Assembly: GCF_028641065.1 (NCBI RefSeq)
Contig: NC_073377.1
Span: 73,532,001 to 73,596,000 of the forward strand
From: Leucoraja erinacea
Lineage: Eukaryota
Reading direction: 5' to 3'
DNA: 64,000 nt
Below are positions 1 to 13,584 of the stretch, piece by piece. The first letter of the stretch is position 1; each line of letters starts with the position of its first letter. The translations under genes were made by a program, and so were the position numbers. The notes below the pieces were generated by a model that saw only the letters and a list, made by a program, of their open reading frames with translations, did not search any database and was not told where the DNA came from.

Positions 1-1985
1 ACAAACAATCTTCCTGATGTACTAGTGGTCAGAAGATCTGGGGTAGCGGAGGAACTGAAGGAAATCCACATTAGGCAGGAAATGGTGTTGGGTAGACTGA
101 TGGGACTGAAGGCTGATAAATCCCCAGGGTCTGATGGTCTGCATCCCAGGGTATTTAAGGAAGTGGCTCTAGAAATTGTGGATGCATTGGTGATAATTTT
201 CCAATGTTCTATAGACTCAGAATCAGTTCCTGTAGACTGGAGGGTAGCTAATGTTATCCCACTTTTTAAGAAAGGCGGGAGAGAGAAAACAGGAAATTAT
301 AGACCAGTTAGTCTGACATTGGTGGTGGGAAAGATACTGGAGTCAATCATAAAAGATGAAATAGTGGGACATTTGTGACTGAAGTGTCTGTGCGGGAGCA
401 CTCTGGAACCAGTGACCATAATTCTATTAGTTTTAAAAAAGCTGTGGAGAAGAATAGGACAAGCCCATAAGGTCCGAAGTTGGGGTAAGCCCAATTTTGG
501 AGGCATGAGGTGGTAACTTGCAGAGGTCAATTGGAGGGTAGCTAATGTTATCCCACTTTATAAGAAAGGTGGGAGAGAGAAAACAGGGAATTATAGACCA
601 GTTAGCCTGACATTGGTGGTGGGGAAGATGCTGGAGTCAATTATAAAATATGAGATAGCCGAACATTTGGATAGCAGTAACAGGATCGGTCGGAGTCAGC
701 ATGGATTTACGAAGAGGAAATCATGCTTGACTAATCTTCTGGAATTTTTTGAAGATGTAACTAGGAAAATAGACAAGGGAGAGCCAGTGGATGTAGTGTA
801 CCTGGACTTTCAGAAAACATTTGATAATGTCCATTTAGGAGATTAGTGGGCAAAATTAGGGCATATGGTATTGGGGGTAGAGTGCTGACATGGATAAAAA
901 ATTGGTTGGCAGACAGGAAACAGAGAGTAGGGTTTAACGGGTCCCTTTTAGAATGACAGGCAGTGACTAGTGGCGTACCCCAAGGCTCGGTGCTGGGACC
1001 ACAGCTATTTACAATATACATCAATGATTTAGATGAAGGGATTCAAAGTAACATTAGCAAATTTGTAGATGACACAAAGCTGGGTGGCAGTGTGAACTGT
1101 GAGGAGGATGCCATGAGAATGCAGGGTGACTTGGACAGGTTGGGTGAGTGGGCAGATGCCTGGCAGATGCAGTTTAATGTGGATAAATGTGAGGTTATCC
1201 ACTTCGGTAGCAAAAACAGGAAGGCAGAGTATTATCTAAATGGTGTCAAGTTGGGAATAGGGGAAGTACAACGGGATCTGGGGGTCCTTGTTCATCAGTC
1301 AATGAAAGTACGCATGCAGGTACAGCAGGCAGTGAAGAAAGCGAATGGCATGTTGGTCTTCTTAACAAGAGAAGTTGAGTATAGGAGCAAAGAGGTCCTT
1401 CTGCAGTTGTACAGGGCCCTAGTGAGACCACACCTGGAGTATTGGGTGCTGTTTTGGTCCCCTAATTTGAGGAAGAACATTCTTGCTATCGAGGGAGTGC
1501 AGCGTAGGTTCACAAGGTTAATTCCCGGGATGGTGGGACTGTCATATACTGAGAGAATGGAGTGGGTGGGCTTGTATTCTCTGGAATTTAGAAGGATGAG
1601 AGGTTATCTTATTGAAACATATAAGATTATTAAGGGTTTGGACACGCAAGAGGCAGGAAACGTTCCCAATGTCGGGGGAGTCCACAACCAGGGGCCACAG
1701 TTTAAGAATAAGGGGTAAGGCATTTAGAATGGAGATGAGGAAAAACTTTTTCACAGAGAGTTGTGATTCTCTGCCTCAGAGGGCGGTGGAGGCTGGTTCT
1801 CTGGAGACTTTCAGGAGAGAGCTTGATAAAGCTCTTAAATATAGCGGAGTCATGGGATATGGGGAGAAGGCAGGAACGGGGTACCTATTGTGGATGACCA
1901 GCCATGATCATATTGAATGGTGGTGCTGGCTCGAAGGGCCAAATGGTCTACTCCTGCACCTATTATTTATTGTCTATTGTCTATA
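1..1985 (+). mobile_element. CR1-clade LINE (HER1-like), ORF2 RT region and 3' end, internally rearranged
   Basis: GNYRPVSLT, GVPQGSVLGP, KFVDDTKLGG motifs; stops and frameshifts; (CTATTGT)n tail. Confidence 0.92.
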
Positions 1986-2127
1986 AACCACTTCAGGCGA
2001 TGCTAGGAAATAAAGTTAGTCACATACGTAGACTTTTAAAAATGTCAGTGAAAGAAAGAGAGGTGGTCAGAGCACAGAGAAGGAGTTCCAGAGCATTAAG
2101 GCCATGGGAGCCATTGATGTAGAAACA

Positions 2128-2440
2128 GTACGGTAGCGTAATGGTAGAGCTACTGCATTACAGCTCCAGAGATCCAGGTTTGATCCTGACTGGGTGTTTG
2201 GCTATCGGGAATTTGTACTTCTCCCCGTGACCGCGAGGGTTTTCTCCGAGATGTTCTGTTTCCTCCCACACTCCACAGATGTACAGGTTTGAGGGTTAAT
2301 TGGCTTGATATGAATGTAAAATTGGCCCTAGTGTGTGTAGGGTAGTGTTAGTGTGCGGGGTCGCTGGTCGGCGCAGACTCTGTGGGCCAAACGACCTGTT
2401 TCCGCACTGTATCTCTAAACTAAACTAAACTAAACTAAAT
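2128..2440 (+). mobile_element. tRNA-derived SINE (HE1/V-SINE-like)
   Basis: A box TAGCGTAATGG, B box GGTTTGATCC, central ttcctcccacactcca domain, (CTAAA)n tail; related copies near 22208-22400 and 34916-35260. Confidence 0.75.
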
Positions 2441-2964
2441 AACATTCAAGAATGGTCCAGAATTTGAGTAGTGGAGATGTTTAACAAAAATGTAGGAATG
2501 GAGATAATGAGGGAGAAGAAATTTAAACATTGCTAAAAATGTAAATTAAAAATTTCAAATGCAGGAAGCACGCAACAGGTCAGGTGGCATCTATGGATAG
2601 GTAAAGAGTTAGATCAAAGATCGCTCATCATTTTCTCTTTTAACAGATGCTGCCTGATCTGCTGGGTGTTTCCAGTATTTTCTGCTTTCATATAGAGTGG
2701 GAAAGATTTAAAATCAAGATGTTACTTAACTGGAGATCAATGTACGTCAACACCCACCCGGGTGATCAGTGATTGGGACAGTGCAAGTTCGGACATAGGC
2801 GGCAGAGCTTTGGATCTGTCTCTGATTATTGAGAGTTAACCGAAGGAAGATAAACAAAAACAAACAAGCGAGTGTGGAGGGGTCAAAGGTACATATGAGA
2901 TTCTTGCCAAACTGAGCTGAGAGAAGATGCTTCAGTCGTATTTATTTTGTTTCCTTTTCATTAG

Positions 2965-3114
<150 letters not shown>

Positions 3115-3164
3115 TAGTAATTTGTTTTTATGGTATGGAGACCCAAATCTTTTATTACCAAGTG

Positions 3165-3830
3165 TGGTTGGGATTTATAGATGCTTTAATTCATTGGAAC
3201 CATCATCTCCAAGGACCTGAAATGGGGGCCACCATCGACTCCACAGTCAAAAAGGCACAACAGAGGATGTACTTCCTGAGCTGAGAAACCACAATCTGCC
3301 ACAGGCAATGATGGTCCAATTCTATACGGCCATCGTAGAGTCTGTCCTCACCTTCTCCATCATGGTCTGGTTTGGCTCAGCCACCAAGCACGACACCTGG
3401 AGGCTGCAGCGAATCGCCCGATCAGCTGAGAAGGTTTTTGGCTGCAACCTTCCCCCCCATTGCCGAACTGTACACTGCAAGGGCCAGGAAGCGAGTGGGT
3501 AAGATCATCTCTGACCCCTCTCACCCTGGCCACAAACTCTTTGATGCACTTCGCTGTGGAAGGCGATTCCGGATTGTCAAAGCTGCCACAGCCAGACATA
3601 AATCAGCTTTTTTTCCACGAGTAGTTGCTCTACTCAATAGCCAAAAGGCTGTAGCTTCATTTTTCCTCTGGTATTTTATTTCATTCACATGCTTAAACTA
3701 TAATGTTTTATGATTAATATTTAATGTTTTATGTGTCATTCTTAATTGTTACTGTATGTCGTGTTGTTACTTGCGAGCGGAGCACCAAAGCAAATTCCTT
3801 GTATGTGTACATACTTGGCCAATACATTTT
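3165..3830 (+). mobile_element. Rex1/Babar-like LINE 3' fragment
   Basis: KKAQQRMYFL, FYTAIVESVLTFSIMVWFG and DPSHPGHKLF motifs typical of the Rex1-type RT C-terminus. Confidence 0.8.
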
Positions 3831-3859
3831 CATACATTTTTAATATCCAGGGCTTTTGA

Positions 3860-3970
<111 letters not shown>

Positions 3971-4144
3971 TGATCAAGTGTGTGTCGGAGAATCCTATAA
4001 GTGTGACAACGAAATGCATTCGTTGCTAAGCAACGTTTTCTTTGGTATTCTTAACAATTATTGTTTAAAATATGACAAATAATTAATTTACTAACAATTT
4101 TTTATGTTGGGAATTCAGCTATCAGAATAACTTTTACAACGTAT

Positions 4145-4800
4145 AAGTTTCCTTTATTGTCATAAAGTTTCCTTTATTGTCATTGCGTACCTTGCAGCCA
4201 TGACAGAAAATAAAATAACGGAACACACAATGAACACAGTTTAACACCCTCCACAGTGAGTCCACCAGGCACCTCCTCACTGTGATGGAAGGCAAAAGTC
4301 TTAAAGTCCTTGTCTCTTCCTTCCTTGTTCTCCCTCTGCGTTGTGGCGATCCAGGCTTTCGATGTTGTGCCCCCCGCAGGGTGATGGTAAGTCCCGCGGC
4401 CGAATCCGAGCTCCGCGAATGGGCCGGTTCAAAGTCCGCGGCGCGGGGCGGACGAAGCTGCCACCCTCCAGTCCAGCGGACGAAGCTGTTGTTGCGGGAG
4501 CTCCGGAGAATCGGTCACCAACCTGGGACCTACGAGCTCCCGATGTTGTCGTCCACTGGGCCCGCGATCGAAGCCTCCGAGGCTCCGAAGTCGGGCCGCC
4601 GCTGCAGAGCCACTACAGCCCCAAAGTCGGCCAGCTTCATGATGGGGAGACCTGGCTCTGCCTCCGGAGCCTCAAGATCAATTCCAGTTGGAGGCCGCCA
4701 GCTCCACGATTAGGCCTCAGCGGAGTCGGAGACGGAGACAGAGATATGACAAAGAAAAGGTTGCATCCCCCGAAGGAAGGGACTAAAACAAGTTTCCCCA
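4145..4800 (-). mobile_element. GC-rich non-autonomous retroelement with Rex-type 3' end (related copy about 45205-45710)
   Basis: minus-strand ATGACAATAAA plus tandemly repeated terminus; CpG-rich body; shared tggaaggc...aagt...agtcct segment with the 45.3 kb copy. Confidence 0.5.
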
Positions 4801-5093
4801 CTTCCGGCATTATTCAGCATTTTACAATTAAAGATCAATCTTTTCCCCAGATTGAGACATGAAATTAATCATTTCTGACTCCACTCTGAATATTTAACTG
4901 CTTACTAGCTGAGTGCCCTGTCCAATTCTTGGTGTCTGGAATACACATGCACATGCGGTTATTCCATACTCGACACTCCTTTTGGAACCTTAGGTCTATT
5001 TCAAGATTTAAAGATAGCTGTTTCCAAAACAACTGTCGAATCGAAGTGTATGAGTAAACTTGAACATTAAGCACTAAGCCTACAAAACTAGGC

Positions 5094-5585
5094 AGTGCAG
5101 CGTAGGTTCACGAGATTGATCCCTGGATGGCGGAACTGTCATATGAGGAAAGATTGAAAAGACTAGGCTTGTATACACTGGAGTTTAGAAGGACGAGGGG
5201 GGATCTTATAGAAACATGTAAAATTATAAAAGGACTGGACAAGCTAGATGCAGTAAAAATGTTCCCAATGTTGGGCGAGTCCAGAACCAGGGGCCACAGT
5301 CTTAGAATAAAGGGGAGGTCATATAAGACTGAGGTGAGAAAAAACTTTTTCACCCAGAGAGTTGTGAATTTATGGAATTTCCTGCCATAGAGGGCAGTGG
5401 AGGCCAAATCACTGGATGGATTTAAGTAAGAGTTAGAGCTCTAGGGGCTAGTGGAGTCAACGGGATATGGGGAGAAGGCAGGCACGGGTTATTGATTGGG
5501 GATGATCAGCCATGATCACAATGAATGGCGGTGCTGGCTCGAAGGGCCGAATGGCCTCATCCGGCACCTATTTTCTATGTTTCTA
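5094..5585 (+). mobile_element. CR1 LINE 3' fragment
   Basis: LSYEERLKRLGLYTLEFRR...TRGHSLRI...RVVNLWN; conserved CR1 3'UTR. Confidence 0.9.
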
Positions 5586-5599
5586 AAACCATGCAGTGG

Positions 5600-6215
5600 C
5601 AACACAAAAGACTGCAGATGCTGGACTCTTGAGCAAAACACAAACTGCTGGAGAAACACGGCGAGTCAGGCAGCATCTATGGAGGGAAATGGACAGATAA
5701 CATTTCTTCGGACTGATAAAATAGAGGGCAGATAAGCAGATAACTGATGGAAAGTTGTGAGGGGAAGGGTGGAGTAAACTGGCAGGTGATGGGTCGATCC
5801 AGGTGAGCAGCGGTTGATTGAAAGATGACTCGGGCGATGGAGAGAAAGGTGGTGATAGCAACTCAGGCTGGAGGTGATGAGAGGAGAAAAGGGTGCAGTA
5901 GTAGAATCTGCTAAGGCTTGTGGGGAGCGAAATGTAGAACCAAAGGGAGGGATGTTGAAATGGTGGGGAGTGGGATGTAAGGGGGAAAGAGTGACCTAGA
6001 GTAGGGAGGGAGTGACCTGGAGTAGGGAGGGAGATGTGGATGGAGGGGAGGGGAAGGGAAGGGAATTGGGTGATGGGGCAGGAGGGAGTAGAGAGAACGA
6101 TATGCACAAGTGGAAGAGGAGGGAATGCTGCATAGATAAGGAGGGGGAGGTTAATCTGAAATTTGAGAGTTCAAGGCATTGGGTAGTAGGCTACCCAAGT
6201 AGAATATGAGGTGGT
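5600..6215 (-). mobile_element. Penelope-like element 3' fragment, decayed
   Basis: reverse complement resembles the 3' end of the PLE at 10200-10663. Confidence 0.6.
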
Positions 6216-6761
6216 GCTCTTGTGCAATGTCTGGTCTCTGATGCCGATGACCTGATGGGGTATGGATTTGGTGGGGCTCTACTTCTGCACCAGTCTAGTA
6301 ACTTAATGAGTGGTCTTGAAGTTGTAGATTATTACTCTGGATCTTGATATCCTTATTTAGTCAGAGGGTGGAATTCATTGCCGCAGAAGGCCGTAGAGAC
6401 CAAGTCAATGGATATTTTTAAGGCCGAGAGATAGATTCTTGATTAGAGGTTATGGGGAGAAGGCAGGAGAACATGGTTAAGAGGGAAATATTGATCAGCC
6501 ATGATTGAATGGCGGAGATGATTTGATGGTCCGAATGGCCTAATTTTGCTCCTATCACTTATGAACTTATTTATGTCATGGAGTAAATATATCGAAGTAA
6601 TGCAAATAATATTTGCATATGTTTCTAGAATCGGCACTCAGACTCCATGTCCCTTGGCCTGTAGTTAAATTAGTGCAATAGGAGGCATCTGAACAATGAT
6701 TTTATCTGTCCACATTATTTCCCATAAGCCTTGCCAAGGGTTTTAATGATATACAAAGTAG

Positions 6762-6959
<198 letters not shown>

Positions 6960-7511
6960 TAATGATGTTGCTTTCATATCCTTCACAATTTGCGTTCTGA
7001 ATTGTAGCCACATTCTATTTTGCTGTAACATTACAAGAGGATCATTGGAAAATATTTTTGACAACAGCATGTACTGTAAATATAGTTAATTGGGACATTC
7101 ACCTGGTAGGAATCTATATGTTAATTTGTGTTTTTATAGAAAGAAAGAAATCAAACACTGATGAAAGAAGCAGATTTCTCTGCACCAGCAGAGTTAACCA
7201 TGAAATTCAAAAGTCAATCAGCTGCCGTTTGCTTTTGCAACAAATTACAATTTATCCCGTAGTTAATCGTCGCTGATTTACTCATAATTAAGAGAAGCAA
7301 TGCGTGTTGTTCACAAAGCTGTTTTGTATCCAGCATTACTGAGAATCTCTTATCTCAGAAACAGCCCTTCTGAACAAGGGATGATTTGCATTGAAAATTT
7401 AAATACTCTACCTCGATGAAGTGAGACTCTTTGTGAGGTAATTTAAATATTTTAGTTTCATTCTGCAGAAACTAAAATTGACTCGCATCTCGTAACTTTC
7501 TTTTACCTTAG

Positions 7512-7651
7512 GGAAAGTTCCAGTATCTACATCAGCAAATATCTACTGGATGAAGGTGCAAATCTTCACATCTTTGACCCTAAAGTTCGTAAAGAACAGA
7601 TCATTTGTGACCTGTCACATCCCAACATATCTCAGGATGCTTCTGGCCAAG
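7512..7651 (+). CDS. UGDH: UGDH exon
   Basis: ttttaccttag|...G|gtttga; [46 protein letters not shown]. Confidence 0.95.
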
Positions 7652-7786
7652 GTTTGATATGACAGAACATTTCTTCTTCACCTATCATGGGAATGTCAAA
7701 GTCAAAGTAGCCTTTATTGTCATTCAGACCTTGCGGTCTGAACAAAATGTTGTTGCCTTGCAGTCCTACATATAGTACAAGGTACA

Positions 7787-10663
7787 GTAGGATTCGCAAC
7801 AGTTCTCATTCCACATCCTGCGTTCTACATTGGCTGCAATGCACTGGCACCAGCAGGCCCTCGCTCTGACTTTCCTGCAGTTCCGGGCCTCACTCACCCA
7901 GACCTGCAATGGACTGCAACTGCACTTCATTCAATGTCAGGTCCACGCTCTCAACAAACGCTTCCTCGCCGTCCTGGACTCTACCAAGGATCAAAAGGTT
8001 TCCCACCTTCGACCGCCCACAGGCCTGGGGCTCTAGCTCTGGACCGCGCCGCATGCCCGAAAACCACAAGGCCGAGAATGTCACCACGAGGAGCAGCACC
8101 AACATCCACCGCCTTCCCGTCCGAACCCAGGCCAGGACCACTGACACGGCCACAGCTGCCGACTCTCACCTCCTCCCTGGGACCACAGCCGCCGCAATCA
8201 CTGTCCTTCACTGTCTCCCCGGGGCTATCGATGCTATTGCCGCTGACCTGTATCTCAACTCCAGCCCCCCATGGGCCTCCACCAGTGACCTCGCTGACCC
8301 TCACCTCTCTACTGCTCACCAGTGGGCCTCACCTGAGCACCAGGCTCAGCACCAGGCCCACAACCTCCACGATGCAGACTCCAACACCATGTGGTCTGAC
8401 TGCTGGGTCCTACAAGGAACCTCAGTAGTGATGGGTCTTCCCCTTCCCCCTCTTTTAACGAGGTTAACCCCACCACACCCCACCCATACAATAGTCCTCA
8501 CCCCCCCTCCCCCTGAACGCCCCCCCCCCCCCACCAGATCTCGCCCCGGCTTTTTGTCCACTCCCCGGCCTTTGTCCCCCTCCCCGGCCCGCCAACCCCA
8601 ACCCCCACCCTTGTTGTGACTTCACCATCCCTCATGATCTCCCCCTTTCTGATACAGAATGGTCTGTCCTCCACAGAGGCCTCACCTGCGTTCCCCTCCG
8701 CCCTACCTCAACGAGTTCCGGGTCCACCACAACGTAGAGCTTTTCTTCGGTCACCTCCGCCTCCGTGCCTTTCACTGTGGGAAGGAGTCCTCACCATGGC
8801 CCCTTCTCCCATCTCCACTGGTCCCCCTCCTCTTGGACTCCCCAGAACGGCTTTCTACTCTCTCTAGACCTCATTATTTCTAACTGCCGGTGTGACAACA
8901 ACCGACTCAACTTTCCCACCCCTTACCTACTCCAACCTCACCCCCTCCGCTCACTCTGCAGCAACCCCAACTTGATAATCAAACCCGCCAACAAGGGAGA
9001 TGCCGTGGTAGTCTGGCGCGCTGACCTCTACCGGACTGAGGCCAGGCGATAACTCTCAGACACCTCTTCCTACTTCTCCTTGGACCATGATCCCACAGAT
9101 GAGCACCAGGCCTTGATCTCAAACACCATTACTGACTTCATCACTTCTGGCTGTCTGCCTTCCACAGCCTCCAACCTTATTGTTTCCCAGCCCCACACAA
9201 TCCATTCCAGGCATACACTGGCCCTATCCCTGAACTCTATCTCCGTTACATTGACCAGTGCATTGGTGCTACCTCCTGCACCCTTGCAGAATTCATGGAC
9301 TTCATCAACTTCACCACCAATTTTCATCCTGCACTTTTCATCAAATTTACTTGGACCATCTCCGACACCTCCCTCCCCTTTCCTGATCTCACAGTCTCCA
9401 TCACAAGAAATCGACTATTGACTGACGTCTATTACAAACCTACTGACTCTCACAACTATCTCAACTACACTTCTTCCCACCCTGCTTCCTGCAAAGATTC
9501 TATCCCCTACATCCAATTCCTCCGTCTACGCTGCATCTGCGCTCAAGATGAGGTGTTCTATACATGAACATCCGAGATGTCCTCAATCTTTAGGGAACGG
9601 GGGTTCCCCTCTCCTATCATAGATGAGGCCCTCACTCTTGTCTCCTCGGTACCCCTCAGCTCTGCCCTTGCTCCCCCTCCCCTTAGTCGCAACAGAGACA
9701 GAGTCCCCCTAGTCCTTGCTTTCCACCCCATCAGCCGTCGCATACAACACATAATCCTCCAAAATGTCCACCACCTCCAACGGCATCCCACCACGAGCCA
9801 CGTTCCCATCTCCACACTTTTCTGCCTTCCGCAGAGTCTGTTCCCACCGCAACTCCCTTCCCACCCAAACCACCCCCTTCCCCAGGTACCTTCCCCTGAA
9901 ACCGCAGAAGATGCAATACCTGTCGCTACACCTCCTCCCTTGACTCTGATCAGAGACCCAGACAGTACTTTCATGTCAGGCAGAGGTTCACTTGCACCTC
10001 CTCCAACCTCATCTACTGTATCCGTTGTTCAAGATGTGGACTCTTATACATCGGCGAGACCAAACGCAGACTGGGTGATCGTTTCACGGAACACCTTTGC
10101 TCAGCCCGAACCAACCTGATCGCCCGGTTGCTGGACACTTTAATTCTCCTTCCCATTTCAACACAGACATTTCTGTCCTCGGTCTCCTCCATTGTCAAAA
10201 TGAGGCTAAACACAAATTGGAGGAACAGAGTCCAATATTTTGCTTGTGCATCTTGCAGCCTAGTGGTATGAATATTGATTTCTCTCACTCCAGGTAGCCC
10301 CAGCATCCCCCCTCTCTCTATCCCTCCCCCACCCAAGTCGCACTAGCTTCTCATTGAATGACTGACACAGGAAAGTAGAAACCAATCTCGTATCTAAAGT
10401 GGGATACAGATTTTACAGATAACAATGGCCTGTTTCCTTTATCATCGTTACTTTCTTGCATATCTTTCATTCATTGTTCTTTATCTCTCCACATCACCGT
10501 CCATAGCTCTCGTTTCCCTTATCCCTAACCAATCTGAAGAAGGGTCTCGACCCGAAATGTCACCCATTCCTTCTCTCCAGAGATGCTGCCTGTCCCGCTG
10601 AGTTACTCCAGCTTTTTGTGTCTATCTTCAGTTTAAACCAGCATCTGCAGTTCCTTCTTACAC
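7787..10663 (+). mobile_element. Penelope-like retroelement (RT + GIY-YIG), frameshifted
   Basis: IIKPANKGDAVVVW, TDVYYKPTDSHNYLNYTSSHP, YIGETKRRLGDRFTEH-type GIY-YIG and PVAGHFN motifs; 3' pLTR with CTGAAGA...GAAA core. Confidence 0.88.
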
Positions 10664-11310
10664 ATGCCTTCTTTACCGCCTTACTTGTGCTGCCACCTTC
10701 AACTGGCTATGAATTTGGACTCCAAGATCCCTCTGTACAGCAACGCTGTTAACGGTCTTGCCATTATCTGTATACTCTCCCCTTATATTCAACCTCCCAA
10801 AGTGCAACACCTCACACTTGCTCGAGTTAAACTTGATCTGCCATTTCTCTGCCCATTCCTCATTGTCTGCAAAAATCCCAGTTCTTGAAGCAAAAATTAA
10901 AAAAAGATGCTGGAAATCTGAAACAAAAACAGAGGTTTGCTGAACCACTCAACAGGAGGAGAGAGAAAAGCAGAGTCATTATCAGTGACCTCTCATATTT
11001 TCTATCCCTGAAAATTTGTATCATATTTTAGGTACGAGATTTTTTTACTTTCCTGTGTCAGTAGTTCACTGTTTTCTAGGAGAGTTCGGTCATTTCAGTT
11101 TTGGAAAATTGCGACATTCCCAGATCATTGGAATTAACACATAACTATACTCTCTAAATTAGCCTTTAAATTCATTAAATTGTTTAATATATTGAACAGT
11201 ATATTTAAAAACAAGCCATTTTACCAGTTATTAGAAATGTTTACAATGCACAGAAATGCATGTTTATATCTATTTCAATTCACCAAACTAAACCTTTCCC
11301 TTGTATACAG

Positions 11311-11402
11311 CATCTCGCTTGGTTACAATCTGCAATGATGCATATGAAGCCTGTGACAGAGCTCACGCCATTGTCATCTGTACCGAGTGGGATGAGTTCA
11401 AG
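11311..11402 (+). CDS. UGDH: UGDH exon
   Basis: tatacag|...AAG|gtaaat; SRLVTICNDAYEACDRAHAIVICTEWDEFK. Confidence 0.96.
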
Positions 11403-12158
11403 GTAAATGATAAAGTCTCTCCTAATCAAATCCTACTTCGAGCATTTCAAATTATCTTTTACAGGAATCTTTTACATTTAAGAAACTCTGGAAATCACAG
11501 GCACCATCAGGAACTGACGAGGTATAGTTCAGAAGAAGGAGATGATAGTGAAAAAAGGCTATTTAAATAGTTAATTTCATGTGCTATATAAATCTATGAC
11601 ATTTCTATACATGGCTAGAGATGAAGAATTGATGATACACCTTTATAAAGCACTTATAAAGAAATGTACAGAATTTATGGCTATTTAAAACGCAGGCAGG
11701 GTGACAAAATGGGATAAATGTGAATTTGTAATCTTTATTTATGGATCAGGCTTTGATTATATGAGACACTCCTTTGTCTGCTGAAAGGATCCTGAATATA
11801 ACAAATTAATTTGCTAGTATCACACTGCCCTTATCTTATTTTTTAACATTAAACTGGTAATCACTAGAGTGAAAGGATGACTGGTGGGAGATGGGAACGG
11901 TTTACAGTGGGTATAGACTGAGTGGTGTTGTATAAGAATAAGATTGAAAAAATTGTTGATATATCTTTACGAGGATGTTGCCAGGACTAAAGGGTGTGAG
12001 CTATAGAGAAAGGTTGATTAGACTGGAACTCTATTCATTGGATCACAGGAGGATGAGGGTTGATCTCATAGAGGTATATAAAATCATGAGAGGAATAGAC
12101 CAGGTGGATGCACAGAGTCTCTTGCCCAGAGTTGGTGAATCGAGGACCAGAGGATATA

Positions 12159-13583
12159 CAGTGCCCTCCATAATGTTTGGGACAAAGACCCATCATTTAT
12201 TTATTTGCCTCTGTACTTCACAATTTTAGATTTGTAATAGAAAAAAATCACATGTGGTTAAAGTGCACATTGTCAGATTTTATTATAGGGTATTTTTTAT
12301 ACATTTTAATTTTGCCATGTAGAAATTACAGCAGAGTTTATACATAGTCCCCCCAATTCAGGGCACCATAATGTTTGGGACACAGCAATGTCATGCAAAT
12401 GAAAGTAGTCATGTTTAGTATTTTGTTGCATATCCTTGCATGCAATGACTGCTTGAAGTCTGCAATTCATGGACATCACCAGTTGTTGGATGTCTTCTCT
12501 GGTGATACTCTGCCAGGCCTGTTTTGCAGTCATCATTAGTTTATAGAAACATAGAAAATAGGTGCACGAGTAGGCCATTCGGCCCTTTGAGCCTGCACCG
12601 CCATTCAATGTGATCATGGCTGATCATCCAACTCAGTATCCTGTACCTGCCTTCTCTCCATCCCCCTGATCCCTTTAGCCACAAGGGCCACATCTAACTC
12701 CCTCTTAAATATAGTAAATGAACTGGCCTCGACTACATTCTGTGGCAGAGAATTCCAGAGATTCACCACTCTCTGTGTGAAAAATGTTTCCCCTTGTTCT
12801 GGACTTCCCCAACATCGGGAACAATCTTCCTGCATCTAGCCTGTCCAACCCCTTAAGAATTTTGTAAGTTTCTATAAGATCCCCCCTCAATCTTCTAAAT
12901 TCTAGCGTGTACAAGCCGAGTCTATCCAGTCTTTCTTCATATGAAAGTCCTGACATCCCAGGAATCAGACTGTACTCTCTCTATGGCAAGAATGTTGTTC
13001 CTCAGATTAGGAGACCAAAACTGTACGCAATACTCCAGGTGCGGTCTCACCAAGACCCTGCGCCTGCATGCCTACTTTCAATGACTGGTGTACCATGACA
13101 CCCAGGTCTCGTTGCATCTCCCCTTTTCCTAATCGGCCACCATTCAGATAATAGTCTACTTTCCTGTTTTTGCCACCAAAGTGGATAACCTCACATTTAT
13201 CCACATTATACTGCATCTGCCATGCATGTGCCCACTCACCCAACGTATCCAAGTCACCTTGCAGCCTCCTAGCATCCTCCTCACAGCTAACACTGCCTCC
13301 CAGCTTTGTGTCATCCGCAAACTTGGAGATGTTGCATTCAATTCCCTCGTCCAAATCATGCTTGTTTTGGGGGCTAGTCCCCTTCAGTTTTCTCTTCAGC
13401 ATATAAAAGGCATGCTCAATTGGGTTCAGATCGGGTGATTGTCTTGGCCACAAGAATTTACAATTTTTTAGCTTAGTGTTTTTTAGGTGTATGTAATTGT
13501 TCAGGTGTGTTTAATTGCCTCATTCATGCAGGTATTAGAGAGCTCTCAGCACCTAGTCTTTCCTCCAGTCTTTCTATCACCTT
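12159..13583 (-). mobile_element. Tc1/mariner transposon remnant, interrupted by a CR1
   Basis: TA|CAGTGCCCTCCATAATGTTTGGGAC terminus; minus-strand WPRQSPDLNPIEH and AWQSITREDIQQLVMSMNCRLQAVI. Confidence 0.88.
12543..13355 (-). mobile_element. Young CR1 LINE 3' fragment nested in Tc1
   Basis: ISKFADDTKLGG...; tail (TTTCTATG)n on the minus strand at 12543. Confidence 0.9.
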
Positions 13584-13584
13584 C

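Noticed and set aside
2128-2200. tRNA gene
   Set aside because: A/B boxes belong to a SINE head; no cloverleaf, and it continues into a SINE body and tail
11465-11521. In-frame 57-nt cryptic UGDH exon (cttttacag|GAA...GAG|gtatag)
   Set aside because: Upstream intron would be only 62 nt and the peptide has no UGDH homology; cannot be supported without RNA data
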